A DNA stretch of 64,000 nt, taken from the NCBI RefSeq assembly GCF_009914755.1, contig NC_060940.1; one strand, given 5' to 3'. The stretch is from the human T2T-CHM13v2.0 reference genome, Homo sapiens. Made by a program: the position numbers and the translations under genes. Shown here one piece after another: positions 1 to 15,561 of this stretch (its first letter is position 1; each line of letters opens with the position of its first letter). Below the pieces are notes generated by a model that searched no databases, had not been told where the DNA came from, and was given only the letters and a program-made list of their open reading frames with translations.

Positions 1-245
1 GCTGTGCTCCCATTTTAGGGGGCATCTGGGGAGGGTGCTCTACCAAACTTGGAGGAGGAGCCTGGAGGTGGGAGGGAGCCGTGTGATACTGGGTGGGGTG
101 GGGGGGGACATGCATAAAGGCCTGAGCAGAGTGCATTTGAGGACAGCTGGGGGCTGTGAGGCAGGGCAGGGGTGGTGTGTGCAGGTCGTGTGGAGATCGT
201 CAGGACTTTGGTTTCTATACTGAGTAAGCTGAGAGAAGCCGTTGA

Positions 246-1295
<1,050 letters not shown>

Positions 1296-1559
1296 CTAGT
1301 CTGGTCCTTCCCCATCTCCCTTTGGCCTGGTCTTTATTCTGTAAAGTCTGGTGCCGTGGTCTGTGTTGGGGCTTTGGGGAAGGAAAATTTGGAAGATGCA
1401 GCTTCTGCCATCAGGACACGAATTTTTTGGCCAGAAGAATGTGATACCAGGGACAAGACCTGAGCCCCCAGGAGGGGCACGATGGATCTTGGCATGAAGA
1501 GCGTGCAGCTGCTATAAGGCATGCTCGTGGGTCCTCAAATGACTGAGCCTACTGTGTAA

Positions 1560-2190
1560 TACATGCAGCATACAGATATGTGTTCGTTGACCATATCAGT
1601 AAAGTTCTGGTCAACAGTAGGCTATTAGCAGTTAAGTTTTTGGGGAGTGAAAAGTTCTATGTGGATTTCTGACTTTGAGGGAGGTGGGCACCCCTAACAC
1701 TTAACGTTGTTCAAGAGTCAGCTGCACATGCATGTTCATAGCGTGATTCACAGTAGCCAAAAGTGGAAATAATCCAATGTCCTCAGTGGATCAATGGATA
1801 AACAGAATGTGGTCTGTGCCTACCATGGAGTGAGATTCAACCCAAGAAGGACGGCGGTACTGACACCGGATATCACATGCATGAGCCTGATCACCTCATT
1901 CGAGTGAAGGAAGCCAGGCCCAAAAGGACAAATGCTGTGTGACGCCGTTCCTAGGAAATGTCCAGAATAGGCAAGCGCGTAGACATTCCATCAGTGATCG
2001 TCAGAGGCTGGGGGGTGGGCAGTGGAGAAGGGGAGAACGGGTATGGGTTTCTTTCTGGGGGGGTAATGAAGATATTATAAAATTAGATAGTGGTGGTGAC
2101 TGCACAATTTTGTGAATATACTGAAACAGTGAGTTGTACACTTTAAAAGGGTGAACTTTATATGTGAATAATATCTCAATTTAAAAACAA
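1560..2190 (+). mobile_element. Tigger3-like fragment (~1560-1724) followed by old L1M 3' end
   Basis: tcaacagtaggctattag...gttgttcaagagtcagctg, then L1 3'-UTR-like sequence ending tatctcaatttaaaaa. Confidence 0.6.
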
Positions 2191-3383
2191 TCCTCAATGG
2201 AAACAAAGGTTGATCTTGGCTGGAACTGATAGGCAAAGCCGGGAGGAAATGACAGAGACTCACATACACTGTGAGTCGGCCACACGCCAGACCCCCAGGC
2301 ACAGCCCCAGAGCAGGCTGGGACTGGGTAGAGCGAGAAGCATCAGCTCTAAGCGGCTTGTATCTAGTTCATGGCTGCATTCCTGGGACCTAGCGCACAGT
2401 AGGTGCGCAGTAAACAAATGAGGGTGAATCAACTAGCCCACGGTTAGTGAGGGACTGCGCTAGGAATCACCCAGGCCTGTCTGACACCCTCTCAACAAGC
2501 TTGTAGGAAGAAGAAAATTCCTCACGGGCGAGACCTGCTGCTTTTCCCAGGGTGGGAACCAGAGGCTCAATGCCAGGCAGGCATGGGGGCGGGTGCTGGC
2601 AGCCCCCAAGGTCTCCAGGGCCAGGGCAGAGGCAAGCAGGTGTTTCTGATGTCCCAGGAAGGACCCCAGAGTGTGGGGACACAGCAATGTTCTGGTCCTT
2701 ACCCCAGCACAGCCCCTATCAAGGGGGACCCAACCCCCCTGCAGGGGCTGCTGGTGCCCTCGCTGATGAGTGGGCACTGAAGGAGCACCTCAGCGAGGGA
2801 GCCAGGAGTTGGGGTGCCTCAGCCCGGCCCCCCAGGCTTCCCTGAGGGCTGATTGCTGATGCCCTGTGCTCTGCTGCTGACCTATTTTCCAGCACATTCT
2901 CGACTGGGAAACTTGGCCCAAATCCTGTTCCCTGTTGTGTGCCCAGGGCCCCGTCCAGAGCATCGAGGAGGCACTTGGCACACACCACTGTATGGACGGA
3001 TGAGCTAATGAAGTGAATGAATGAATATCATAAAACTAAATGGCTGGAAGGAGAGATGGTCGCAGAGGCAGGGGCCACCTGCCCCCCATCCCCCAGCACC
3101 TTCCTCTCTGGATTTGGACCCCCAAAGTATTTCAGGGATGCTGGAGTGGCCGTGTCTAGACTCTCAGCCTCCTGAGGATCCCTCTGTCCCTGTGGACCCT
3201 TGGGCAGACTGAGTTGGGGTGGGTTACAGCCCTGGCTTCCAGGTGGGGCCCTCAGAGAGGGCACAGGTCACATTCCTGTGCACACGTGCACCTCCGTGTT
3301 CTGTACATTTCATATTAAGAAATCATTAATTCCTTTAGTTGCAAAAATAGTGTTTTAATAATGCTTTATAAAAATCCTATTTT

Positions 3384-3684
<301 letters not shown>

Positions 3685-4899
3685 TTACAGATATTTCTGA
3701 ATTATTTATCAGTGAAATAATATGTCTAGATTTGGTTCAAACCACTAATGAAGGGAGGTTGGTGGTAGTCTGGAGAGGAGGCTGTGGGCCTGGGGGCTGG
3801 GATGTCACACATGGGCCTTTGTCCCGCCGTTCTCTCTACTTTTGTAAGGTTTTCAAAAGTAAGTGATAAGTAATGACAGAGTCACCAATGTGTGATCTCA
3901 TGAGGTTCCACAAAGTAGGCATCACTGGCCACTTTGCAGACAAGGAAACAGGAGTTGGTGTCAAGAGCGTGAGCCCTCAGAGGACAGGGCCCTGTCTTCC
4001 CACTAACTCCCCACCCCAGGCAGGGTACTGCACAGAGCTGCGACCTGTAGGTAAATACCTGTGCACTGATTGAGTCAGGTGTCTGAAGCCCCCAGCCAGT
4101 GACTGATGGGCTCAGAAACTGAACCTGCTTTCTCTGCCTTTTAAGCTGCTGGGAAGTCCTCCTTTTTTCCCAAAGGAGGAGGGAAAACATATTAACCTCC
4201 ACTCCCAAATGCCTTGGGCTCCCACAGCCCTGCAGGGGAAGCAGAACTGTCTCCACTGACAGAAATGGAAATTGAGGCTCACAGGGGCCTGACTGCCCAC
4301 AGTTCACAGCTGGAAACAGCTTGGAGACCCCCAAGCCCTCACTCCCAACCTCCAGGCTTCCTATGTCCACAAAGCTGCTACTGGGAATACCCAGGAGCCT
4401 GGGACTATCAGTGTTAAGAAAGAGCTCTGGTCCCTCCCACAAATGACAAATCAAAACCCAAACCCACCAGCCCTGGGGCATTTGTCCCTATACCTTGGAC
4501 TGCAGATACACAGGGTGGGTGGACCTGCTCCTCCCGGGGACAGCCCTTCGGGCTCCAGAGGATGCCACTGTGTGCGGCTGGGGGACTGAGAGGTTCCCAT
4601 GTAGTTCCAGAGCGGCAGGCTGGCCTGCCTGTGCCCTCAGGCACCTGCTGGCTCCCTGGAATGGGAGCTCTAGGAAACCAGGAGGTGGTGGGCTTGGCTG
4701 GGCAGGTGGAGGAGTCTGCAGTTTGCATCCAAGTTCCTACCTAGGCAAATGGAACCCCGAAAGCCCTTTTGGAAAAGTCTCTGATCGGGAAGGGGGGAGG
4801 TTCTGAGAGCTTTCTTCCCGTTACCGACTCCAAGGTCCTGCAGTAGGGCCTCCACCATCAGGGCAGGGAGCGCTCCACGCGCACCTACCCTCCCCGATG

Positions 4900-6180
4900 A
4901 GCGTGCGCCTGGGCCGCTCCCGGACCAGCCACCCTTGCAGCTCTGGAGTCCCCGGCAGGCCGCGCCCGTGCATGCCCCACATCCCCAAGACCCATCTCAG
5001 CCCCTCGCCCCTGGCAGGATCCCTGCCCGCGAGTCTACGGCCCTCGCCCCCCGGGACTCGCGGCTGGGCGAACAAAGCGGACGCGCTTGCAAGCGGCCAG
5101 CGTCGCCCTCACGCCCCACCGACAGGGACCCCAAACTCCAGCCCCGGAACCCCCCTCCCCCGCTCCCCGGGTCACCGGCTGGCTTGGCTGGGAGGGGGCT
5201 CAGGACGAAACTCCGGGCCACCCACCAAGGAGCGTGCCGGGCACGGCTTCCCGGGCCGGGAGCGCAGAGAACAAGGGGGCGGAGACTCGGTCCGTGTGCC
5301 CCCAGCCCCGCGCGGGGACCGCGCCCGGGAGGTGCCCCTGGCCCGCCGGACGACCCCGAGCTGCCAAAGGGGTCTTCGCGACTCCCGGGAGCGGCGAAGG
5401 GTGAGCCCTGGGGGGAGGGGCTGCGGCTCGCTGCGGGGAAGCGCTGCGCGGGGGTCTCGGGGGCTGGGGCTGAACTCACCTCCGGTGCCGGCGCCCTCCG
5501 GGGGCTCCATGCGGCCGGTGCGGTCTGGGAGGGGCACGGGCGACGGCGGCGTCGCCTGGCCCGGGCGCCCCAACAGCTGCGGCAGCGACTCGGCCCCGGC
5601 TCCGGGCGCAGCGCATCGGGGCAGCAACCGGGGGGCCGCGGCGGCAGGGAGGAGCCCGCGGGGCGGGGCGGGGCGCGCAGCTGCTCCCGGGCCCCGGGCC
5701 CGGCCCCCTCCCGGCGCCCCCCCAGCCGCAGGACAGGTGCGGCCCCGCCCCGGCCCGCGCGCGCCCCCTGCTGGCCCCTGGCCCAGCGGACCCCTCCCCC
5801 GCCGACCCTTCCCTCGCGGGCCGCGCCCCGCCGCGGACACCACCGGGACCTGGCTGCGCCCTCCCGACCCCGGCCGGGCGTCCGGGGCTCCTGCGCACTC
5901 ACTTGGCGGCCGCGCCCGCTGGCGTCCTCTTGTTCTCTTCCAGGTACTTGCGTGTGGGGCGCCGACTGTGTGCGGGCGCCCCTCGGGGCTGGCGAGGGGC
6001 ACAGGAGGGGCCTGACTCGCGCTGGGTAATGACAGACTCACAGAGCGCCCTGGATGGCGCGAATTAACGCGGGGGGCGGGTGGGGGCGAGGGCGTGTGCT
6101 TGGGAGGCTGGAAGGGGCGGGATGGGGGATGGGAGGTAAGGAGAGGGCGGCGGGCCCGGGCTGCAGAGAGCGCCAAGGCA
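4900..6180. promoter_or_regulatory. CpG island / divergent promoter region of DBNDD1 (and probable upstream GAS8 start)
   Basis: Very high GC and CpG density with several GGGGCGGGG GC boxes (e.g. ~5660-5675). It surrounds the DBNDD1 ATG. Confidence 0.85.
5480..5510 (-). CDS. DBNDD1: DBNDD1 (dysbindin domain-containing 1) first coding exon, MEPPEGAGTG+G; rest of gene lies left of the window
   Basis: ATG at 5510-5508 encodes MEPPEGAGTG, matching the DBNDD1 N-terminus as I recall it. It is followed by a G|GTGAGT donor at 5480/5479 and sits in a CpG island. Confidence 0.88.
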
Positions 6181-6480
6181 GTTTCGATGAAACTGACCCC
6201 CATGTCCCTATCGCCCAGATTCAGCGATTGCCAGCTCCTGGCCTGGGCCACTGCTTCTCTGTCCTCATTCACTTCCCTCCACTGCTGGGTCATTTTGAAG
6301 CAAATTATATACACATTAGATCATTGCATTTGTAAGTACTTCAATATTTATCTCTCAAAGAAAGTCCGTTTGCAGGAGCATTGACTCATGCCTGTAATCC
6401 CAGCCCTTTGGGAGGCTGAGGTGGGAGCACAGCTTGAGCTCAGGAGTCCAAGGCTGCCGTGAGCTATGATTGTATGTCTC

Positions 6481-6513
<33 letters not shown>

Positions 6514-8649
6514 GTCTAGTCTTCATAAACACTCTTGTTAACCCAGCATCCAGGCCTTCACTGAGTTGATGCCGTGGCCTGAGGCGGTTTACCTGGTGGA
6601 TAGTGGGTGGCAGGAAGCATCAGACATCAGACAGAGGGCAGTCGGTTTGTTTGTATTAACATTTGCTCTGGGATTTTGCAGGAAACTCAGATGCCATTTA
6701 TCTGGGTTTCTGAGCTGCACAGCTTGACACTGAATGAAAGTATCTTAAGCCACATATGTGAAGAAAAGGCTCTTTTCTAAAAATCTGAACTCGAATTCAA
6801 TATGAAAAGAACAGGTCGCAGTGGGCCCTGTCGGGATCCCAGGGAGCCGCAATTCAGGGCTCCCTGAATGATTCATCTCTGCAGCCCACACCGACAGACC
6901 AGGATTGCTCTTAGCTTGTGAAAAATGAGTACCCTGTCTAGGCTATCCTGAGCTAACCCTCCTATTCTTGCCCTTTTTGCTGAAAGGAATTATTGTTAAT
7001 ACAGCTATTTAATTCAGGACACTCATCCAGACTTCTGAAGCAAAAAGCCAATCAGCATGAAGCTGCTAGCATATTGGTTTTGTGAAGTAAGTGTTAAATT
7101 ATAATAATTACCCCCACTGTGCTCTCCAGCGTCACTGTCTGACCACCCTGTCCCAGGGGGAGGAGGCCCCTCTCAGGCCAAGGGAGTCTGGCACAGTGAT
7201 GCTGGCTCCTGGTTGCCCAGGCACAGTGACCAGCCAGACTTCACAGAGGCCTCAGGGCTTACTATAAATAAATCACTGCTTTGTGCAAGCTGAGCCAATG
7301 CAGTTCTTCCAACTGGCTGCTCCTCTCCAAGAACAATCAGGACTTAGGTGGGCAAACAGGAAGTCTCTCATCACAGTGGTTCTCAGATTCCCACCACTGT
7401 GTGGGTGCCTGAGGCCTGAGCAAACCCAGCTCATGTGGCAACTTCCTCCCCCAGCTGGACAGGAAGACCTAGGTCCACCAGGCCTTCTTTCATTTCTCAC
7501 ACTTTGCCCCCAGCACAACTTTCTACGAGCATGGATTCTGTACTCTTCATCCCCAGACACATGGGAGAACAAGATCTGCTACAAGACCTTTTCTTTTTTT
7601 TTTTGAGACAGGGTCTCAGGTCTCATTCTGTTACCTAGGCTGGAGTGAAGTGGTGTGATCTTGGCTCACTGCAACCTCCACCTCCAGGGCTCAAACGATT
7701 CTCCCACCTCAACCTCCCAAGTAGATGACCACTTTTTAAGAAGATGTTAAAGATGAGAGCTTAGGGCTGGGCGTGGGGCTCACGTGCTCCCAGCACTTTG
7801 GGAGGCCGAGGCAGGAGGATCACTTGAGGCCAGGAGTTTGAGACCACTCTGGGCAATAAAGCAAGACCCCGTCTCTATTAAAAACTTAAAAAAAAAAGCT
7901 GGGTATGGTGTCTCACACCTGTAGTCCTGGCTTCTCAGGAGGCTGAGGTGGGAGGATTGCTTGAGCCCAGGAGGTCGAGGCTGCAGTGAGTTGTGATCAC
8001 AGCCTAGGCGACAGAAGGAGACCCTGTCTCCAAAAAAAAAAAAAAAAAAAAGCACCTGTTTATGACAAACTCAGCTTTCTGGGTGACATAGATGGTTGTA
8101 TGTAGGTAACAGGGTGGTTTCACGGATGGCAGATTCATTTTAGAAATTGTAAAATGGCTAGCAGTTTTCAGAACAAGAGATTAGTTAGAAAAGGAAAGTG
8201 GCAGCTGTTTGTTTTCTGCAGGGCCTGTCGGGAAGCCTCTGGTTTCTTTTCATCCGTGAGGAGTGGGGAGGAGGCCTCTTCAGGAAGAGCAGTTTATTTT
8301 TGTGAAAGGAATACTTACTGATTTCAAACATTTGGAACTAAACTGGAACGTATTTTTCTTTCCGATTTCTGCGTTTTTGAGGTGTGTGTAAACCCACCAG
8401 CGCAGCAGCTGGGAGGGCCCTTCAAAGGTGGGCGGGTGGGGTGAGTGAGGCCCAGGGGATAGAGTGTTTGCCCAGATTTGAATCTCATTTGGGGAAAGTT
8501 TCAGAGGCTTGGGTGGCTGATTGATCATTCCTTCAATGGTCCTTCATCAGCACGTCTTTACTGAGCACGTGCTGTGTGCTGTTCTAGGCGCTGAAGGATA
8601 GAAGTGAAGGGTTCCCCCCTCGTGGAGCTTAGGTTCCAGCAATAAGCAA

Positions 8650-9200
8650 AACATGCCCTGCAGCGAAAGGCTTCTGGGCTGCCGGCGACATTTTCCCAAC
8701 GTTCACAACCGGGTTCCTTCCGGACGCCCGTCTCTAGGGACGCACTCCCGCCTTTGGCAGGGCCGCTGCCCGGCGGAGTCTCGCGAGGATCTTGTGACTT
8801 ATCGCGGCATCGCCCAGCGGTTGCCGGGAAACGGCGTGGCTTCCGGGGGCGGGCGCCCTGGTCCCGGAGTCGCCGCTGGGCCTGTCCGCTGGCGTCATGG
8901 TGAGCAGGGGCGGGAGCGGGGCTGGGGTCCTCGGCAGGGGCCCGGAGACCTCGGGGCAGGGAGGCCTCGGTACACGGAGACCCTGGGAATGGGAGGCCTG
9001 GAGCGCTGGGTTTCTGGAATTGAGAGCTCGGTGCTCTTGTGGGGGTCTCCGTGGGGCAAACTCAGGATGCTCCCGGCCCCGGGGCCTGGCAGCACTCGGG
9101 ACTGAGACCTGGGCTGTCCAGAGCCCTGTGCTCACAGGGGTGGTCATAGAACGCCCAGGGCCCGGGGTCGGCGGCGCACGGTCCCCAGAAGAGTGAACAT
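8650..9200 (+). promoter_or_regulatory. GAS8: GAS8 CpG-island promoter with RFX X-box-like site (GTTGCCGGGAAAC, 8820-8832) and TCTCGCGAG motif (8779-8787)
   Basis: CpG-rich stretch directly around the GAS8 ATG. Motifs were read by eye. X-boxes are typical of ciliary genes. Confidence 0.75.
8897..8899 (+). CDS. GAS8: GAS8/DRC4 coding exon 1 (ATG only)
   Basis: gcgtcATG|GTGAGC: start codon directly followed by a donor. It joins in phase 0 to APKKKG in the next exon. Confidence 0.88.
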
Positions 9201-9949
9201 GCGTCAAGGGGACTCTCATCCTGGAATGGGAGACTCGGTCTGTTGGATCCCTGGGACCTAGGGTTTCAGCTCACGAGGCTTTGCAGAGCACCAGGGTCCC
9301 CATGGAATAGAGCCGGAGGCAGGAATTACCCTAAGACCTTTGGTCTCCCGGATGGAGAGCCTGGGGCACACCAGAGTGGCTAGAGATCCCTCTACACCAA
9401 GGAGGCCCGGACAGGTCCAGTGCCCTTGGAGTGCCCAGGGCACAACCTTGGGATACAGGAACCACTGTTCCCTTGGAAAGCCTGGCAGGAGTCAGGCCCA
9501 GACCGAGAAGAGGAAGGCGGAGCTCGTGGCCTCATCAGCTCCATGTCTGTCTTTCTCTTGTAAAGGGCTCTCCCTTTGTGGTACAGGAATTGTCAGTAAC
9601 TCAATTTCTGGGCAGGTGTGGCAGGGTGGGTTTCAGCTGGTGGGGGGAGGAAAGCTCTGGGAGCCCCACCAAGTCCCTGCAGCTGGCTGTGAAGGTCCCA
9701 AATGCTAAGTAATGCTGAACCTTCCTCCACTGCCTTCAGGGCTTTGTGATGAGGTAGCCTTCTTGGAGTGGAGGGATTAAAAAGAGAGCAGTACATTACG
9801 AATTAAATTTAAGTAGATGGGTTTTCTGACCCAGGAAGGGTCTTCTGAAAACCGACTGTGAAAGAAACTACCAAACTAGGCCAGGAGTCTGGGCGCGGTG
9901 GCTCACGCCTGTAATCCCATCACTTTGGGAGGCCGAGGCAGGCGGATCA

Positions 9950-10231
<282 letters not shown>

Positions 10232-10295
10232 TCACTTGAGGTCAGGAGTTGGAGACCAGCCTGGCCAACATGGTGAAACCCTGTCTTTACTAAAA

Positions 10296-10350
<55 letters not shown>

Positions 10351-10438
10351 TAGCCGGGTGTGGTGGTACGCACCTATAGTCCCAGCTACTTGGGAGGCTG
10401 AGGCAGGAGAATTTCTTGAACCTGGAAGGTAGAGGTTG

Positions 10439-10929
10439 TGTAGTGGGATTTTTAAGGAATTAGAGAGACCGATGGGGTTCAGGAGGATATTTATTAATTA
10501 TTTAGGTGCACCGGCCCAGTCAGATTAAAATCCAAAGGACTGAGCCCTGAACAAAGAGTTAAGTTACCTTTTAAGCTTTTCGTGGGGCAGAGGGAGATCT
10601 GTGCAGGGGGAAGCATGCTTCAGATGTGAGAAATAAAGGCAGTTGTTCAGTTGAAACATGCATTACATCATTTCTTACTTTTTAAGGAAAAACATGTTTT
10701 GCGACTTGAGTTTATCTGCCTAGTGACCTTGCAGCCGCACAGCTACAGAATCAGGGTCTTCACAATGCCTGGGAAGGGAGGAGAGACAAGGCTCACTAGC
10801 CGCAGAAAAACAGGCAGTTAATTTTTAAAGGACTCCAGCTCTTTCTCTTTTTCAGGGGGAGTTGGGTTTTCTTATATACAACTGAGTTTCTGCTTACACA
10901 CTTTTTAATTTCTTTTAATTCCTGTTCCA
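10439..10929 (-). mobile_element. Solo ERV1-class LTR (LTR15-like, 491 bp) inserted inside an Alu
   Basis: TG...CA termini, 4-bp TSD GTTG (10435-10438 / 10930-10933), AATAAA(-) at 10495-10490. The Alu resumes (gttgcagtgagcc) after it. Family name recalled. Confidence 0.8.
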
Positions 10930-11177
10930 GTTGCAGTGAGCCAGGATTGCACCACTGCACTCCAGCCTGGGTGACAGAGCAAGACTCCATCTCAAAAAAA
11001 ACAAAAACAAAAACAAAAAACAAAAAAATGCAACAGCAAACACAACAGCAAACACTAAACACAACCAAACTACTTCTGTTTCTGTTAGGTTGTGGGAATA
11101 TGGGCCTTGGTCTGTTGGATCCTTGGACCAAGGAATATGGGTGATATTTCTGTTTTCTTCTCATCAGTGTTTTCTAA

Positions 11178-11534
<357 letters not shown>

Positions 11535-11675
11535 TGAAACATAAATGAAGATAAATGGGCCAGTCGCGGTGGCTCACGCCTGTAATCCCAGCACTTTGGG
11601 AGGCTTAGGCGGGCAGATCACGGGTCAGGAGTTCGAGTACAGCCTGGCCAACATAGTGAAACCCCGTCTCTACTA

Positions 11676-11867
<192 letters not shown>

Positions 11868-13069
11868 TCAAGACCAGCCTGGCCAACATGGTGAAACCTC
11901 GTCTCTACTAAAATACAAAAAAAAATTAGCCAGGCGTGGTGGCGGGCACCTGTAGTCCCAGCTCCTCGTGGAGGCTGAGGCAGGAGAATTGTTTGAACCC
12001 AAGAGGTGGAGGTTGCAGTGAGCCAAGGCAGCCTGGATGACGAGGGAGACTCCATCTCAAAAAAAAAAAAAAAAAGATAAATGGATTTAGGTTTTAATGT
12101 TTTTAAAAAATAAATAAAATTTCCACATGAAATTTGTAATTTTAAAAACGTTACATAGCTGGGCACAGCAGCAGTGAACTCCTGTGGTCCCAGCTCCTTG
12201 GGAGGCTGAGGTGGGAGTATCAGTTGAGCCCAGGAATTGGAGTCTGCAGTGAGCTATGTGATCACACCACTGCACTCCAGCTTGGGCGACAGAGCAAGAC
12301 TTTGTCTTTAAAAAAGGTTACCGAGACATGTAGACACAGAAAAGCATGGGCTGAAGACTACTGGGAGTAGCAAAGTCAGCAGGATAGGATATGGAAATTT
12401 GTTACCTGCTTGAGTGCCCTGTAAATGGGTGGCCAGACAGAACTGCTCCTGGTGTCATGCGTGGTTTCAGCAACTTCCACAAGGGGGTGGGGTTAGAAGG
12501 TTCTCTCCCATCCTTGTCAAAGTTGCTAAAACCACGCACGACGCCATGTGCAGTTCCGTCTGGCAGCCCATTTACAGGGCTCTCGTGGTGGGTGCTGTCT
12601 GCCCAAGCTTTCTTGACCAGGCTTCTCTGAAGGAAGTTTCTCTTTGAAAGAAAGGAAACTTGTGGTTGTCACAACCGATCGTGGTTATGGAGGCATTTCT
12701 CCCTAAGCTTACTGAATGGTGTCTTGCAGGTCTTTTCCATGGTGGTCACCAATGTTGCCGCCAGCATGGTAACATTTGGCAGTGTGGTATTGAGGGTCTT
12801 TCCTCTGTTTTGCATCCACAGCAGAGGTCTTTACTTTTTACCAAGGAGTGAGTGGGTTTGGAATGGGTTCCCCCCTCTCTTAGTTTTTGGAGACGGGGTC
12901 TCGTTCTACTGCCCAGGCTGGAGTGCAGTGGTGCACCATAGCTCACTGCAGCCTTAAACTTCTAGGCTCAAGTGATTGTCCTGCCTTGGCCTCCCAAAGT
13001 GCTGGGATGACACGTGTGAGCCACTGCGCCTGGTCACCGTATACCAAGGAATGAGTGGGTTTGGAATGA

Positions 13070-13481
<412 letters not shown>

Positions 13482-13823
13482 TAGCCGGGATGGTCTTGAT
13501 CTCCTGACCTCGTGATCCGTCCACCTCGGCCTCCCAAAGTGCTGGGATTACAGGCGTGAGCCACCACGCCCGGCTCCTCTCTTTTCTAGAAGGAATGTTC
13601 TCCTTCTCAAAAGGAAGGTTTCTCCTTTGTGCTTCTCCAAATGCAACAACAGGATGTGTGTGTGGTAAAGGGTGGGAACACTCAGGGCAATGATGTGCTC
13701 CAGGTGAGCAGAAGGGAGAGAGGTTCCAGAACCTTCTCTGCCAAATGTCCCTGGGAGCAAATCAGAGCCAGCCAAGAAGGGGAAGCTGTTAGAGTCTCTC
13801 TTACCCCATTATTTCCACCAAAG

Positions 13824-13910
13824 GCACCGAAAAAGAAAGGGAAGAAAGGCAAAGCCAAAGGCACCCCGATTGTCGATGGGCTCGCTCCAGAGGACATGAG
13901 CAAGGAGCAG
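13824..13910 (+). CDS. GAS8: GAS8 exon 2 ([13 protein letters not shown]...MSKEQ)
   Basis: aag|GCA...CAG|gtgagc; 87 nt. Confidence 0.95.
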
Positions 13911-14344
13911 GTGAGCAGAGCGGGCTGTGGCCCAGTCCCCGGGTGGGCGTGGGCGGGCACCACGCAGGGTGCCTGCGCCGAGTGTCCATCTTGTCATGTG
14001 GATCCACCCTTCTGTCCAAGCCAGAACACGCCCCCCGCGTGGCCCATAATTCCCATCAGCGGCAAAGCTTTCGGCTGCACCATGTCTTTTCAGAAAGGTA
14101 GTGCAGCCTGTGAAAGAGCTTTGTAACAGGGTGGTAGGAGTGTGGAAGGACATGCTTTTCTGATCTAAAAGCTGTTTTTAATTTCGTGTATTCTCTTTCA
14201 ATCTTACCCTTTTTTTGCACCTGATGTGTATAGACTTATCGTAGAACACACATGTAGCATTCTCCTTTATTTTATTTACCGTTAAACATTATGTCAAAAA
14301 GGAAGTTTTTGAAAGAAGGATGATTTACTTCAAATCACATCTGA

Positions 14345-14563
<219 letters not shown>

Positions 14564-15183
14564 TAGTAGAGACGGGGTTTCACCGTGTTAGCCAGGATGG
14601 TCTCGATCTCCTGACCTCGTGATCCACTCGCCTCGGCCTCCCAAAGTGCTGGGATTACAGGCATGAGCCACCACGCCTGGCCAGTCATTCATTGTTTTTG
14701 ATAAAAGTCCCAACAAGGAGTAACAGCATCAGGGCTGCCTTTTTCTTGTTGCTTATTTTGGGGAGGAGGTGATGTTTTTATAGTTTCTTTGTAGGAGTTA
14801 GTTTAAGTCTCTTCTTCATTTGGATGTAGTTAAGGGCTACAGAACATAATTACATAATTACAATTTTACCTAAAAGGCTCCTGGAGACGGCAGTGTGTGG
14901 CAAGCACGGTGCACCCTCTGGCCTCTGCCCTCATGGACGACTGCCTGTGAGCACCTGACATGGGACATGAGGGCTGTGTCAACTCTGTGTTATTGTTAAT
15001 AAATCTTACCTTCTTTTGATAGTTGTAAGATAAAAAATCAATACGAAGGAGACTGAAAGAGTCACATGACCTGAAGTTGGAGCTAGGCAGAGGTCCTTGA
15101 ACAATGGTAAAGAATGGCTTTATTTTACATGCAGGCAAACCATTGGCAGTTTAAGCCAGTGGCTAAGCAGAGAGGTGATGGGG

Positions 15184-15561
15184 TCAGGTTTGTGTTCTGG
15201 AAAGATGTCTGGAGCTGCTGGATGGAGAATGGATTGAACACTGCGTTGTCCCAGCATGTGAGCTGCTGCCCGTCTCCCTGTCCGCTTCCCATTCCTGTGG
15301 AGACAGGCCTTGTGGGGCAGTGGCCATGGAGCCTACGGGGCAGCCTATGGGGCAGGCTACGGGGCAGCTTACGGGGCAGGCTATGGGGCAGCCTACGGGG
15401 CAGGCTGCGGGGCAGCCTACGGGGCAGGCTACGGGGCAGGCCCTTGCACTGCACATCGCACGTTGAGCCACAGACTCAGAAGGCTTCTTCAGGGTCCAGG
15501 CAGGTGGGGAGGGATGGGGGTGACCTGGAGACTCCTGCCCCGCAGCAGAGGACAGTTTCAT
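15184..15561 (-). ncRNA. GAS8-AS1: GAS8-AS1 (formerly C16orf3): intronless antisense transcript in GAS8 intron 2 with a 125-aa ORF containing CPVG/CPVA repeats
   Basis: ATG at 15561 opens [16 protein letters not shown]...[11 protein letters not shown]..., matching the recalled C16orf3 ORF. It is usually treated as a lncRNA. Coordinates are the ORF only. Confidence 0.8.
15331..15441. repeat. 12-bp minisatellite (GGGGCAGSCTAY-like), about 9 copies
   Basis: gcctacggggca gcctatggggca ggctacggggca ... directly visible. Confidence 0.9.

Noticed and set aside
4897-6314. Four overlapping 300-380 aa ORFs on both strands
   Set aside because: Stop-poor GC-rich CpG island giving P/G/R/A low-complexity translations. 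Only the 31-nt DBNDD1 segment has a recognisable protein and a donor site.
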